Shown here: piece by piece, positions 37,199-47,111 of the stretch | How positions within the stretch are numbered: the stretch's first letter is position 1 | Layout of the letters: every line of letters begins with the position of its first letter | Assembly: GCA_017939755.1 (NCBI GenBank) | Contig: JAGBAJ010000015.1 | Coordinates: 227 to 64,226, forward strand | Length of the DNA: 64,000 nucleotides | From: Clostridia bacterium | GTDB lineage: Bacteria > Bacillota > Clostridia > TANB77 > CAG-508 | Direction of reading: 5' to 3' | Program-made: the position numbers and the translations under genes | The notes under the pieces: model-generated | What the model was told of the DNA's origin: nothing | The model's database searches: none | Seen by the model: the letters and a program-made list of their open reading frames with translations, nothing else

Positions 37199-40100
37199 AT
37201 GGGAAAAATGAAAATGATGGCATTTTTTAAGAATCCGATTGTAAAGGACATTTTTATAGTATTAATGGCCGTAATTATGGTTACTAGTATTATATCTATT
37301 CCAGTGTCAAATGCTGGAGAAACAATTAATGTTGCTTTTAGAGCAGTACCTGTAGGAGTAAGTGTAGGATCTGAAGATATTGGAGTTCAAGAACTAGCCC
37401 CAGGTCAAACTGATAAGGAAACAAAAGCAAAAAAATATAGTAGTGTTTTCTGTATACAAAAAGGTAAAACTTTGAGTATGGAAACATATACAAGCGAGTA
37501 TAATGTATATAATAGTGAAGAATGTAGTAAATATTTTACAAACTATAATTCTGCTTTATGGATATTTGATAACATGTATTTAGCCAAAGGTGGAAATAAA
37601 GATGTTGCATTATCATATTTAGCAGAGCTTGTTACATCACCAGATGTACAAAAAAATGTAACTGCATATGGTAAAATTACTGCAGATCAAATTAAATCAT
37701 TAAATAAGACAGTTGGTGGATATAAAGATTCATTTGGAAATATTTCAAATAAAAATCTAATAGAAATAGTAGAACAATTAGTTTTATGGAACTATACAAA
37801 GAATGAATCACAAAAAAGCCCTAGTGAATTAGTAAATGGTGGATTTTCAGGAAACAACATAACAGATGCAGATCAAAATCCTGCTAAGTACTTATATTAC
37901 GCTCTTAAATATTTAGCTGATAAAAATTCAGGATACAAATCAAATGGAACTGTATCTAACGCAATAGCATTAGATTCAAGCAAAGCAGCAATTGATGTAA
38001 GTAAATCTAAAGTAGGACCATATGTATTAAAATCAAATGGTGTAGCTGTAAATATTAATAATGATTATAAAGCAAAAATGTCAGCTACAATAACAACTGC
38101 AGATGGTAAAACACACAATTTAGGTGCTGATAAAATTCAAGTAATAGATAATGGAAGCTTCTATATAGATATATCAGGAATATCACAAGTTACAAAATCT
38201 AAATTAAATATTGCTGAGATATATACAGGATCTACTACAAAAGTAGAAGTTCTTGTTAATGCTAAAACTCAAAACCTAATAAATATAAGAAAAACATCAA
38301 ATACAAAACCATTATCAGATGAGAAAACTATTTCTTATTCTGGAAAATATACAATTAAATTAATTAAGACTAAAGCTGATGGAAGCACAGAGATTACAGA
38401 CAATCCAGCTATATTTACAATAACTGGTGCTGTTGAGAAAAAAGGTGAACCAACAGGAAAAAATGGTATATTAACAATTGCTAGTGATAAAACAATATCA
38501 GATGCATCAGCAACAGATAAATATACTATTGTTGAAGATACTGCACCAAAAGGTTATACAAAATATGATGGTACAATAGTAGTAGATGTTAATTTTAAAG
38601 CTGAAGGAACATCATATTCTATTGATAAAGATAAAACAAAATTATCTGCAAATGGAAAAAATGGAACAGTTAGATTAAATGTACCAAATGGTAATACTAT
38701 TGAAATTTATGTACCAAATACAGATACAGAAGAAGAAGAACCAGAGTTCGACTTAGCATTAAGAAAATTTATTACAAAAATTAATGGAAAAGAGGTATCT
38801 GAAAGCAGGGTACCAGTAATTGATGCTGAATCAAAAGAAATATTAGATAAATATAATACTGCAGCATATCACCATACAAAAAATAGTTTACAAGTTGAAG
38901 TAGGTAATGAAGTAGAATATACAATCAGAGTCTACAACGAAGGTGAAGTTGATGGTGTTGCTAAAGAAATAACAGATTATTTGCCAGAAGGATTATCTTT
39001 TGTTAAATTAGCCGATGAAAGCAAAGCATACACAACAGAATCAAAAGCAGGAGATAAAAAGGTTGTTATTAAATATTCTGGAAAAGAAGTTATTAAAGCA
39101 GATTCAATTAATAGAATCTTAAATAAAGAAACAAAGAACTTGTATCAAGAAGTTAAATTAATATGCAAAGTTAATAAAGGTGCAAAAGGATATATAACAA
39201 ATAGAGCAGAAATTACTATTTATGGATATACCGATAAAGATGGTGCTTGGCATGAAGCAAAAGCTATAAAAGATTCTGATAGAGATTCTGTAGAGAATAC
39301 AATTAAGGATTCATTAGGATTAGATACATGGTATGAAAATGCAAAGCAATATTCATATACAGATGGTACAACTATAAAAACAATAAAAGACTATTATCCA
39401 GGTGTTCAAGACGATGATGATTTCGAAACTGTAGAAGTTAAAGAAATAGTTGAGGAAAAAGAATTCGATTTAGCATTAAGAAAATTCATTACAGACGTAA
39501 ATGGAAAAGAAGTAACAACGAGAATTCCAAAAGTAACATTAACAGATGACTTTAAAGCTGGTAAAGAAACAACAGCCAAATATGAACATCCAAAAGATCC
39601 TGTAGATGTTGCACAAGAAGATATAGTTACTTATACAATTAGACTTTATAATGAAGGTGAAGTTTCTGGATATGCAACTAAGGTTATGGATGATATTCCA
39701 GATGGATTAGAATTCTTACCTAATAATGCTACAAATAATGAATATGGATGGGTTATGTACCAAGAAGCTGACAGAACAATATATACTGCTGAAGAATCAA
39801 AAACTACTTTAAAATATAATGACAAATTATATGTTGAAACAAAAGATGCTACAAAAGCAGAATTAATTGTTACTGATCACTTAAAAGACCAATTAATTAA
39901 GGCATATGACGCTAAGACAATGAAAACTTTAGACTACAGAGATGTTAAAGTAGCATTTAAAGTTGTAGAGCCAAATAGTTCAGACAGAATTATCACAAAT
40001 TATGCACAAATCACAGAGCATAAGGATGAGACTGGAAAAACAACAGTAGTTGATAGAGACTCTACTCCAAATGAATGGAATGAAGGAGAAGATGATCAAG

Positions 40101-41398
40101 ATATAGAAAAAATCAAATTACAAGAAAAAGAATTTGATTTAGCATTAAGAAAATTCATTACTAATATAAATGGAAAAGAATTAGAATCAAGAATTCCAAC
40201 AGTTAAGTTGAGTGATGATTTCAAATCAGGAAAAGTTACAACAGCAACTTATGAACATCCAAAAGATCCTATCGATGTTGTAAAAGATAATATAATTACA
40301 TATACAATTAGAGTTTACAACGAGGGTGAAGCAGATGGATATGCAACTAAAGTTATGGATGATATTCCAGAAGGACTAGAATATTTACCATCATATAAAA
40401 CAAATGAAACATATGGATGGAAAATGTACGTAGAATCTACAGATGCAAAAGCAGAAGGAGCCATTACATACAACAAAAAGACATATGTTCCAACAGAAGA
40501 TGCTTCAAAAGCAGATTTAATTGTTACAGAATATCTAAAAGATCAACTAATTAAGGGATACAACCCTAAAACAATGGAAACTTTAGATTATAAAGATGTT
40601 AAAGTAGCATTTAAAGTTATAGAGCCAGAGACATCAGATAAAATTTTAATTAATTATGCACAAATTACAGAGCACAAAGATGTAAACGGAAATACTAAAA
40701 TAGATGATAGAGACTCAATTCCAAATGAATGGAATGAAGGAGAAGACGATCAGGATATTGAAAAAGTAAGATTAAGACACTTTGACTTAGCATTAAGAAA
40801 ATGGGTTACAGAAGCTATTGTTACTGAAAATGGCCAAACAGTTGTAACACCTACTGGTCACAAAGCAGAAGATGACCCAGAAGATATAGTTAAGGTAGAT
40901 TTAAAGAAGAGCAAATTGAACAATGTAACAGTTAAATTTAGATATTCAATTAGAGTAACAAACGAAGGCGAAATACCTGGATATGCTAAAGAAGTTACAG
41001 ATTATATTCCACAAGGATTAGTATTTAAAGCTGAAGACAATCAAGGTTGGACATTAGCAGAGAATAATGTAGCTAAGACTGACGCTTTAACTAATACACT
41101 ATTAAACCCAGGTGAGAGCGCAGAGGTTACAATTGTATTAACATGGGTAAACGATGCAAATAACATGGGTGTAAAAACTAATACAGCTGAGATTAGCAAA
41201 GATTATAACGAATATGGAGCACAAGATATAGACTCAACTCCAAATAACCAAAAACCAGGAGAAGATGATATTGATGATGCACCTGTAATGTTAACAATTA
41301 AAACTGGATCAGAAGTTATATCTTATGTAACTTTAGCAGTCGGATTTATTGCTATAGTTGTTGCTGGTATATACACAATTAAGAGACGTATTGTTTAA
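37199..41398 (+). CDS. Cell-surface adhesin: putative thioester domain, four FDLALRK (DUF11/Cna-like) repeats, C-terminal anchor
   Basis: Signal peptide; VFCIQKG and EQLVLW; repeats start at 38747, 39464, 40133 and 40781; IKTG + TM + KRR tail. TTGAAA-17-TATAAT promoter at 37109-37137. Confidence 0.8.
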   Translation: MGKMKMMAFFKNPIVKDIFIVLMAVIMVTSIISIPVSNAGETINVAFRAVPVGVSVGSEDIGVQELAPGQTDKETKAKKYSSVFCIQKGKTLSMETYTSEYNVYNSEECSKYFTNYNSALWIFDNMYLAKGGNKDVALSYLAELVTSPDVQKNVTAYGKITADQIKSLNKTVGGYKDSFGNISNKNLIEIVEQLVLWNYTKNESQKSPSELVNGGFSGNNITDADQNPAKYLYYALKYLADKNSGYKSNGTVSNAIALDSSKAAIDVSKSKVGPYVLKSNGVAVNINNDYKAKMSATITTADGKTHNLGADKIQVIDNGSFYIDISGISQVTKSKLNIAEIYTGSTTKVEVLVNAKTQNLINIRKTSNTKPLSDEKTISYSGKYTIKLIKTKADGSTEITDNPAIFTITGAVEKKGEPTGKNGILTIASDKTISDASATDKYTIVEDTAPKGYTKYDGTIVVDVNFKAEGTSYSIDKDKTKLSANGKNGTVRLNVPNGNTIEIYVPNTDTEEEEPEFDLALRKFITKINGKEVSESRVPVIDAESKEILDKYNTAAYHHTKNSLQVEVGNEVEYTIRVYNEGEVDGVAKEITDYLPEGLSFVKLADESKAYTTESKAGDKKVVIKYSGKEVIKADSINRILNKETKNLYQEVKLICKVNKGAKGYITNRAEITIYGYTDKDGAWHEAKAIKDSDRDSVENTIKDSLGLDTWYENAKQYSYTDGTTIKTIKDYYPGVQDDDDFETVEVKEIVEEKEFDLALRKFITDVNGKEVTTRIPKVTLTDDFKAGKETTAKYEHPKDPVDVAQEDIVTYTIRLYNEGEVSGYATKVMDDIPDGLEFLPNNATNNEYGWVMYQEADRTIYTAEESKTTLKYNDKLYVETKDATKAELIVTDHLKDQLIKAYDAKTMKTLDYRDVKVAFKVVEPNSSDRIITNYAQITEHKDETGKTTVVDRDSTPNEWNEGEDDQDIEKIKLQEKEFDLALRKFITNINGKELESRIPTVKLSDDFKSGKVTTATYEHPKDPIDVVKDNIITYTIRVYNEGEADGYATKVMDDIPEGLEYLPSYKTNETYGWKMYVESTDAKAEGAITYNKKTYVPTEDASKADLIVTEYLKDQLIKGYNPKTMETLDYKDVKVAFKVIEPETSDKILINYAQITEHKDVNGNTKIDDRDSIPNEWNEGEDDQDIEKVRLRHFDLALRKWVTEAIVTENGQTVVTPTGHKAEDDPEDIVKVDLKKSKLNNVTVKFRYSIRVTNEGEIPGYAKEVTDYIPQGLVFKAEDNQGWTLAENNVAKTDALTNTLLNPGESAEVTIVLTWVNDANNMGVKTNTAEISKDYNEYGAQDIDSTPNNQKPGEDDIDDAPVMLTIKTGSEVISYVTLAVGFIAIVVAGIYTIKRRIV

Positions 41399-41436
41399 TA
41401 GTGAAGCTTAGATTAAAATATAAGTTTATTTATAAT

Positions 41437-41468
41437 AAAAAATAGGAGCCGAAAGGTTCCTATTTTTT
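41437..41468 (+). terminator. Intrinsic terminator
   Basis: AAAAAATAGGAGCC GAAA GGTTCCTATTTTTT. Confidence 0.8.
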
Positions 41469-41561
41469 GTGGATGTTTTTGTAATCATATAAATTTATAT
41501 TTAGGATGATTTATACTATTCAAATGAAAGTTTCTATTAACTGCAAAATGTTTTGTTAATG

Positions 41562-41715
41562 AGATTAAAGATATAATGTCAATTTACGATGTGAAGTTAA
41601 GGTGGGGACCGACAAATTAGAGAATCTAAATTTTACAAGTGTGTAATGTAGTAAAATGTAGATTCTCTTATGTAGTTGGGGCGGAACATGTAAATTGACA
41701 TTATATCTTTAATCT
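41562..41715. repeat. Nested inverted-repeat element (MITE-like)
   Basis: 26-bp perfect IR (41562-41587 / 41690-41715) enclosing an AGAGAATCTA...TAGATTCTCT hairpin. Confidence 0.7.
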
Positions 41716-41830
41716 TGATTATATAAACTACATGCTATAAATTGCAATATAAAAACAAACAAATGTTTATAAAAATATTGACTTTAATTTTATAGTATGA
41801 TATAAAATTCTTGGATAAGTGAGGTAGAGT

Positions 41831-42901
41831 ATGAAATTTGTACATATTGCAGACATGCACTTTGATACATCATTTTCCCAAATAAATGATAATAATTTGG
41901 GAACATCTAGAAGATTAGATCAAAGAAAGATTTTTAAAAAAGTAATAGATTTTATTAAAGAAAATAATATAGACTATTTATTTATTGCTGGCGATTTTTA
42001 TGAGCACAAGTATATCAGAGAAAGCACAATTGATTATATAAACAAATTATTTAAAACAATCGAAAATACAAAAATATTTATTACACCAGGAAATCACGAT
42101 CCATACATAAAAAATTCTTTTTATAATAAATATGCATGGAATAAAAACGTTCATATTTTTAATGAAGATATAACATATGTGGAAGATAACGATGTAAGGA
42201 TATATGGATATGGTTTCAACGATTTTTATTATACCAATTCTGCCATAGATAATTTTAAGATTGAAGATTCTAGTAAAACAAATATTTTGATAACCCATGC
42301 AACTTTAAATGGTTCAAACAATGTAGATTTACAATATAATGCAATATCAAAAAATGTACTGTCAAGAATTGGATTTGACTATGTTGCTCTAGGTCATATA
42401 CATAAATCGAATTATGAGCCAGGTGAAAAAATTATATATCCAGGTTCAACTATTTCAATGGGGTTCGATGAACCAGGAGAGCATGGAATGATTGTTGGTG
42501 AAATAGAAAACAAGGTACTAACAACAGCATTTATTCCATTAGATGAATCAGAATTTAAAATAGTAGAAACTGATATATCACAAATCAATTCAATAGAAGA
42601 GCTTTCAGAGCAGCTTAATTCTATGGAATTGGCAGATAATAATTTATACGAAGTATATCTAGTTGGTAGCAGAAAGTTCGAAATCGATTTATACAATTTA
42701 AAAAAATTGATATATAGAAACAATATTATAAAGATAAAAAACAAGACGAAAATTGATTATAATATAGAAGAAATATCAAGAGAAAACACATTAAAAGGTC
42801 TATTTGTTAAAGAAATAATGAGTAGGTTAGATTCAGAAGAGTACGATAAAGAAGTTGTTGAACAAGCATTGGAAATTGGTCTTGAAATTTTAGAAAAATA
42901 G
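41831..42901 (+). CDS. SbcD/Mre11-like metallophosphoesterase (YhaO-like)
   Basis: HIADMH, AGDFYE, PGNHD, LGHIH. Confidence 0.9.
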   Translation: MKFVHIADMHFDTSFSQINDNNLGTSRRLDQRKIFKKVIDFIKENNIDYLFIAGDFYEHKYIRESTIDYINKLFKTIENTKIFITPGNHDPYIKNSFYNKYAWNKNVHIFNEDITYVEDNDVRIYGYGFNDFYYTNSAIDNFKIEDSSKTNILITHATLNGSNNVDLQYNAISKNVLSRIGFDYVALGHIHKSNYEPGEKIIYPGSTISMGFDEPGEHGMIVGEIENKVLTTAFIPLDESEFKIVETDISQINSIEELSEQLNSMELADNNLYEVYLVGSRKFEIDLYNLKKLIYRNNIIKIKNKTKIDYNIEEISRENTLKGLFVKEIMSRLDSEEYDKEVVEQALEIGLEILEK

Positions 42902-42920
42902 TAAACGCGAGGTGTGACAC

Positions 42921-44849
42921 TTGAAGATAAATGAATTAAAAATCAATTCTTATGGAAGATTAAAGGATAAGAACATAGAATTTGAAGACGGAATAAATAT
43001 TGTATATGGAGAAAATGAAAAAGGAAAGTCGACTTTATTAAATTGCATGGTAAATATGCTATATGGAACATCAAAAAATAAAAAGGGAAAAGATATATCA
43101 GACTATGATAAATATAAACCATGGGACTCAGAAGAATTCTCAGGAAAGATGAAGTATACACTAGATAACAATGAGAGCTTTGAGGTTTTTAGAGAATTCG
43201 GAAAAAAGAATCCTAAATTATATAATGATAGAATGGAAGATATAAGTAAGGAATATTCTATAGACAAGACAAATGGCAATCAATTTTTCTTTGAGCAAAC
43301 TAAGGTTGATGAACAGACTTTTTCATCAATTGTTGTATCATATCAAAGTGCAGTCGAATTAGACAATCAAACACAAAATGTGTTGTTACAAAAAATTGCC
43401 AATACATCTTCAACAGGAGCGGATAACATATCCTTTAAAAAGGCAATTGATAGGTTAAATAAAAAACAACTGGAGGAAATTGGAACAAATAGAAGTCAAG
43501 GAAAACCTATTAACATAGTTATAAATGAGATGGAGAGAATTAATAATGAAAATCAATCATTGAGACAATACGAGAATTACAAGTATGAAGTAGAAGATAA
43601 AAAGTATAAAACAGAGCTAGATTTACAAGAGTCAAAAGATAAAGATGAATTTTTGAATAGATTAAATAATATAAACTATGAACATAGTATGGAAATTGAA
43701 AAATTAAAATATGCTGAAGGAAAAATCGATGAAATTGAGGAACAAATCCAACAATTATTAAATAAAAAATCAGAGATTCAGAGCAGCTCTAAAAATGTAA
43801 AAAAATATGGCATAGAGAGAATAAATAGATTGCCATATATATTTGTATCAATATGTAGCGTAATTGTTTCTATTATATTATATCTAATAATTAAAAATGT
43901 ATTTTCTTTTGGTATAATTGCGATTGGCGTTTGTGCTATAGCTATGTTATATAGTAAGATTCAAAAGGCTAAATTAGTAAATAAAAGTAAACAAGAAGAA
44001 TATGAAGATGTTGTTGCTTTTAATAAGGATTTGGAGAAAAAAATATATGAAATTGATGCCCAAATTGACTTATTAGAGAAAAGTAGAATTGAGCAAATAA
44101 AAGAAGCGGAAGTATTAAAAAATGAGAACTTAAGGGACATAAATCAGAGGAAAGAGTCTCTTAAAAGAGAATTTGATGGGAAATTAGACAATTCAAGCAT
44201 GACATATTTTATGAATGTAAATAATTTAAGTGATGAAATAAATCAAAATGCAAGAGTAATGAATGAAAAAAATATGGAATTACATAGATTTTATTTAGAT
44301 AAACAAAATATTTTGCCAAAACTTGAGGAACTTGTTCAAAATGAAGAAAAATTAGCTAGCTATAAAGAGCAATATGACTTTTTAGTAAAGAAGAATAATT
44401 CTATAAATATGGCAAAGGAAATTATTGAACTTGCCTATCAGAAAATGAAAAAAAATGTAACTCCAAAATTTACGCAGAGTTTATCAGAAAATATTTCTCT
44501 AATTACAGAAGGAAAATATAACCGAATTGTAATTAATGATGCAGATGGTATTTTAGTTGAGTTGCCAAATGGAGAATACAAAAATGCAAACCTTTTAAGT
44601 AAAGGTACAATAGAGCAACTATATTTAGCATTCAGATTAGCTTTAATTGAAGATATATCAGAAGAAAATATGCCAATTATATTTGATGAAATATTTGCGT
44701 ATAGTGATGACAATAGATTAAGAGAAACATTAAAAAACATACAAGAAAATTATAGCTACAAACATCAGATAATCCTTTTTACATGTACTAACAGAGAAGA
44801 AAAGGCACTAATTGATTTAGGTTGTAAGTATAATAAAGTAGTTTTATAA
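42921..44849 (+). CDS. YhaN-like AAA/SMC-type ATPase with a central TM pair
   Basis: GENEKGKST, LSKGTIEQLYLAFRLA, IFDE, LFTC. Confidence 0.85.
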   Translation: MKINELKINSYGRLKDKNIEFEDGINIVYGENEKGKSTLLNCMVNMLYGTSKNKKGKDISDYDKYKPWDSEEFSGKMKYTLDNNESFEVFREFGKKNPKLYNDRMEDISKEYSIDKTNGNQFFFEQTKVDEQTFSSIVVSYQSAVELDNQTQNVLLQKIANTSSTGADNISFKKAIDRLNKKQLEEIGTNRSQGKPINIVINEMERINNENQSLRQYENYKYEVEDKKYKTELDLQESKDKDEFLNRLNNINYEHSMEIEKLKYAEGKIDEIEEQIQQLLNKKSEIQSSSKNVKKYGIERINRLPYIFVSICSVIVSIILYLIIKNVFSFGIIAIGVCAIAMLYSKIQKAKLVNKSKQEEYEDVVAFNKDLEKKIYEIDAQIDLLEKSRIEQIKEAEVLKNENLRDINQRKESLKREFDGKLDNSSMTYFMNVNNLSDEINQNARVMNEKNMELHRFYLDKQNILPKLEELVQNEEKLASYKEQYDFLVKKNNSINMAKEIIELAYQKMKKNVTPKFTQSLSENISLITEGKYNRIVINDADGILVELPNGEYKNANLLSKGTIEQLYLAFRLALIEDISEENMPIIFDEIFAYSDDNRLRETLKNIQENYSYKHQIILFTCTNREEKALIDLGCKYNKVVL

Positions 44850-44938
44850 AAAATTAAACGAAAAACGTTGATATTTCAACGTTTTTGTGATATAATAGAA
44901 CACATATTTAGATTGTACAAAATCAAAGGGAGGGTTTT

Positions 44939-46120
44939 ATGAATAAGTATAAAATGATTTCGATTTGCTCATTTACAATCGTATGTGTATTAATTATGAG
45001 CTTATTGTTACCTATTAAAACAACCGCAAATGATAAAGAAAGTCTAGAGATAAATATGCACTATGCTGAATCAAAAGTAACACTAGATATAACAGTCAAC
45101 TCAGATGTATATACAGGTGTTGTATGTAAATATTTAATGCTTGATGATGTTCTAGTAGAAGAAGATTTAGTTACAAAAACAAAGGAAAATGGAACAACAA
45201 TTAATATTGATAAAACAGAAAATGATAAATATAACACAATTATCAAAGATGTAAATAAAAGATATGTAGTAGTGTATGTTTCAATTGGTAATTGTAGCTT
45301 ATGTGATTATATAGATTGTCAACCAAATGCAGAGGAGAATAAAGAAGATAACAATCAAAATGTAGCACCATCAGATGGGCAAGGAGAGCATAACTTGGGT
45401 GTAGAAGGAAATGGTGCTAATGGAGAGCAACCAACTGAAAACAAAGAACAAAATAAAACAGAGCAACCAACTGAAAATAAAGAACAAAATAAAACAGAGC
45501 AACCAACTGAAAACAAAGAACAAAATAAAACAGAGCAACCAACTGAAAATAAAGAACAAAATAAAACAGAGCAACCAACTGAAAATAAAGAACAAAATAA
45601 AACAGAGCAACCAGCTGAAAACAAAGAAGAAAATAAAACAGAGCAACCAACTGAGAATAAAGAGCAAAACAAAACAGAGCAACCAGCTGAAAGCAAAGAA
45701 GAAAACAAGACTGAGAAACCAGCTGAAAACAAAGAAGAAAATAAAACACAGCAGACAGCAAACAATAATGGAACAACAAATAAAACACAACAACAAACTA
45801 GCCAAAATGTAAATAAATCTAATTCCAATGGAATTAATCTAAATAATTATGATAAAAATACAAGTACATTATCAAATGGAAATTCAAATGTACCAGTAAG
45901 TGGAGATAAAGATTCAATAAATGTAAGCAAGCCTGCAAGTGGAGATAAAGATGCAATTGATACAAGTGATTTTCAAGAAATTGAAAAAACTGCAACTACA
46001 TCTACAGCAGATGGTAATATGCCAAAAACTGGTGAGGATGATTTTATAAAAATACTTGGAATTGTTGTATTTTCTGCTCTATCTATAGTATCTTTTTATA
46101 AATATCAAACAACTAAATAA
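44939..46120 (+). CDS. Sortase-anchored surface protein with a 12-aa tandem repeat stalk
   Basis: Signal peptide, EQPTENKEQNKT repeats, MPKTG + TM + basic tail. Confidence 0.85.
   Translation: MNKYKMISICSFTIVCVLIMSLLLPIKTTANDKESLEINMHYAESKVTLDITVNSDVYTGVVCKYLMLDDVLVEEDLVTKTKENGTTINIDKTENDKYNTIIKDVNKRYVVVYVSIGNCSLCDYIDCQPNAEENKEDNNQNVAPSDGQGEHNLGVEGNGANGEQPTENKEQNKTEQPTENKEQNKTEQPTENKEQNKTEQPTENKEQNKTEQPTENKEQNKTEQPAENKEENKTEQPTENKEQNKTEQPAESKEENKTEKPAENKEENKTQQTANNNGTTNKTQQQTSQNVNKSNSNGINLNNYDKNTSTLSNGNSNVPVSGDKDSINVSKPASGDKDAIDTSDFQEIEKTATTSTADGNMPKTGEDDFIKILGIVVFSALSIVSFYKYQTTK
45425..45748 (+). repeat. 36-bp coding tandem repeat, 9 copies
   Basis: Unit GAGCAACCAACTGAAAACAAAGAACAAAATAAAACA. 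Confidence 0.9.
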
Positions 46121-46209
46121 TTTAAGATTTAATACATAAGAGAAGAATGTTTTCTAATAAGAAAGCATTCTTTTTTGAAAGATTGACACATACAATAAAC
46201 AGAATTTTA

Positions 46210-46270
46210 TTACATAAAATTTCGCTCCGAACAAATTCACGGAAAATCTTCGATTTCCCGATTTGTTCTA
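46210..46270. repeat. CGAACAAAT...ATTTGTTC hairpin module of the dispersed repeat
   Basis: Closely matches 48523-48565 and 60633-60674. Confidence 0.75.
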
Positions 46271-46338
46271 CCTACACATATTGACAAAAAACGACTTTAA
46301 ATGTAATATTGAACTAGAGCATATTTATGGGGAGTGTT

Positions 46339-47097
46339 ATGGGATTTTTATTATCGATTTTAGGAGGCTTAATTGGATTTCTTTTAGCAATAGGAATTAT
46401 AATTCTTATAATATATTTTAAAATAAGAAGTGTAGTTGGTAAAGCACAAATGAAAGAATTAGGCCATGCAATTTCAAATGCAAAGAACCTACAAATGGAA
46501 GCATATTCAAGGGATAAACACGTTGTAGGAATGACTAGTTTATTAGAGCCAAGAATAAGACATGATTTTCCAGAGTTTAATAAAGATTTGTTGTTTTCTA
46601 TTACAGAAAAAAATTTAAGAAAAATTTTTAATTGTATAGAATCAAAAGATATTTCTATTGTTGAGGATGACCAAGATATGTATTATGTCATACCACACTT
46701 AGAAGAGCAAATAGAAGATATGAAATCTAACAAGATTGAAGAAAAATTTGATAACATTGTTTTCAATAAAAATGCAATTAGCGCATATTCAAATGATAAT
46801 GGTAGAGCAACAATCAAAGTTTCGACGTCATTAAGTTACTATTATTATACCAATAGGAAAGATAAAAATGTATTTAGTGATGTAAAAAAAGCGACAAGAT
46901 ATACTTCAGAATTTGTATATGTATATGATGAAACAAAGTTTGAAAGCAAACAAGTTGCAATAATGGTACATTGCAAGAATTGTAATGCGCCAATTAGAAA
47001 TTTGGGAGTAAGCTATTGTGAGTATTGTATGGCTCCAGTAGAAAGAATAAATCTAAAAGCCTGGAAAATGGCTTCATACAAAGAAGATTATAATTAA
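46339..47097 (+). CDS. Membrane-anchored protein with a C-terminal zinc ribbon
   Basis: N-terminal TM segment; CKNCNAP...CEYC. Start could also be 46327. Confidence 0.8.
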   Translation: MGFLLSILGGLIGFLLAIGIIILIIYFKIRSVVGKAQMKELGHAISNAKNLQMEAYSRDKHVVGMTSLLEPRIRHDFPEFNKDLLFSITEKNLRKIFNCIESKDISIVEDDQDMYYVIPHLEEQIEDMKSNKIEEKFDNIVFNKNAISAYSNDNGRATIKVSTSLSYYYYTNRKDKNVFSDVKKATRYTSEFVYVYDETKFESKQVAIMVHCKNCNAPIRNLGVSYCEYCMAPVERINLKAWKMASYKEDYN

Positions 47098-47111
47098 TTA
47101 GGAGGTATATT

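Noticed and set aside
41831-44849. Nuclease + SMC-like ATPase pair as a novel defence system
   Set aside because: It matches the widespread YhaO/YhaN-type SbcD/ATPase pair, with no further defence context.
45425-45748. 36-bp repeats as a CRISPR array
   Set aside because: The units are contiguous with no unique spacers and lie in frame within a surface protein; no cas genes. The overlapping alternative-frame ORFs are by-products of the repeat.
46228-46268. CGAAC...GTTC as LexA (SOS) boxes
   Set aside because: The half-sites are more than 30 bp apart rather than 4 bp, and they close a hairpin.
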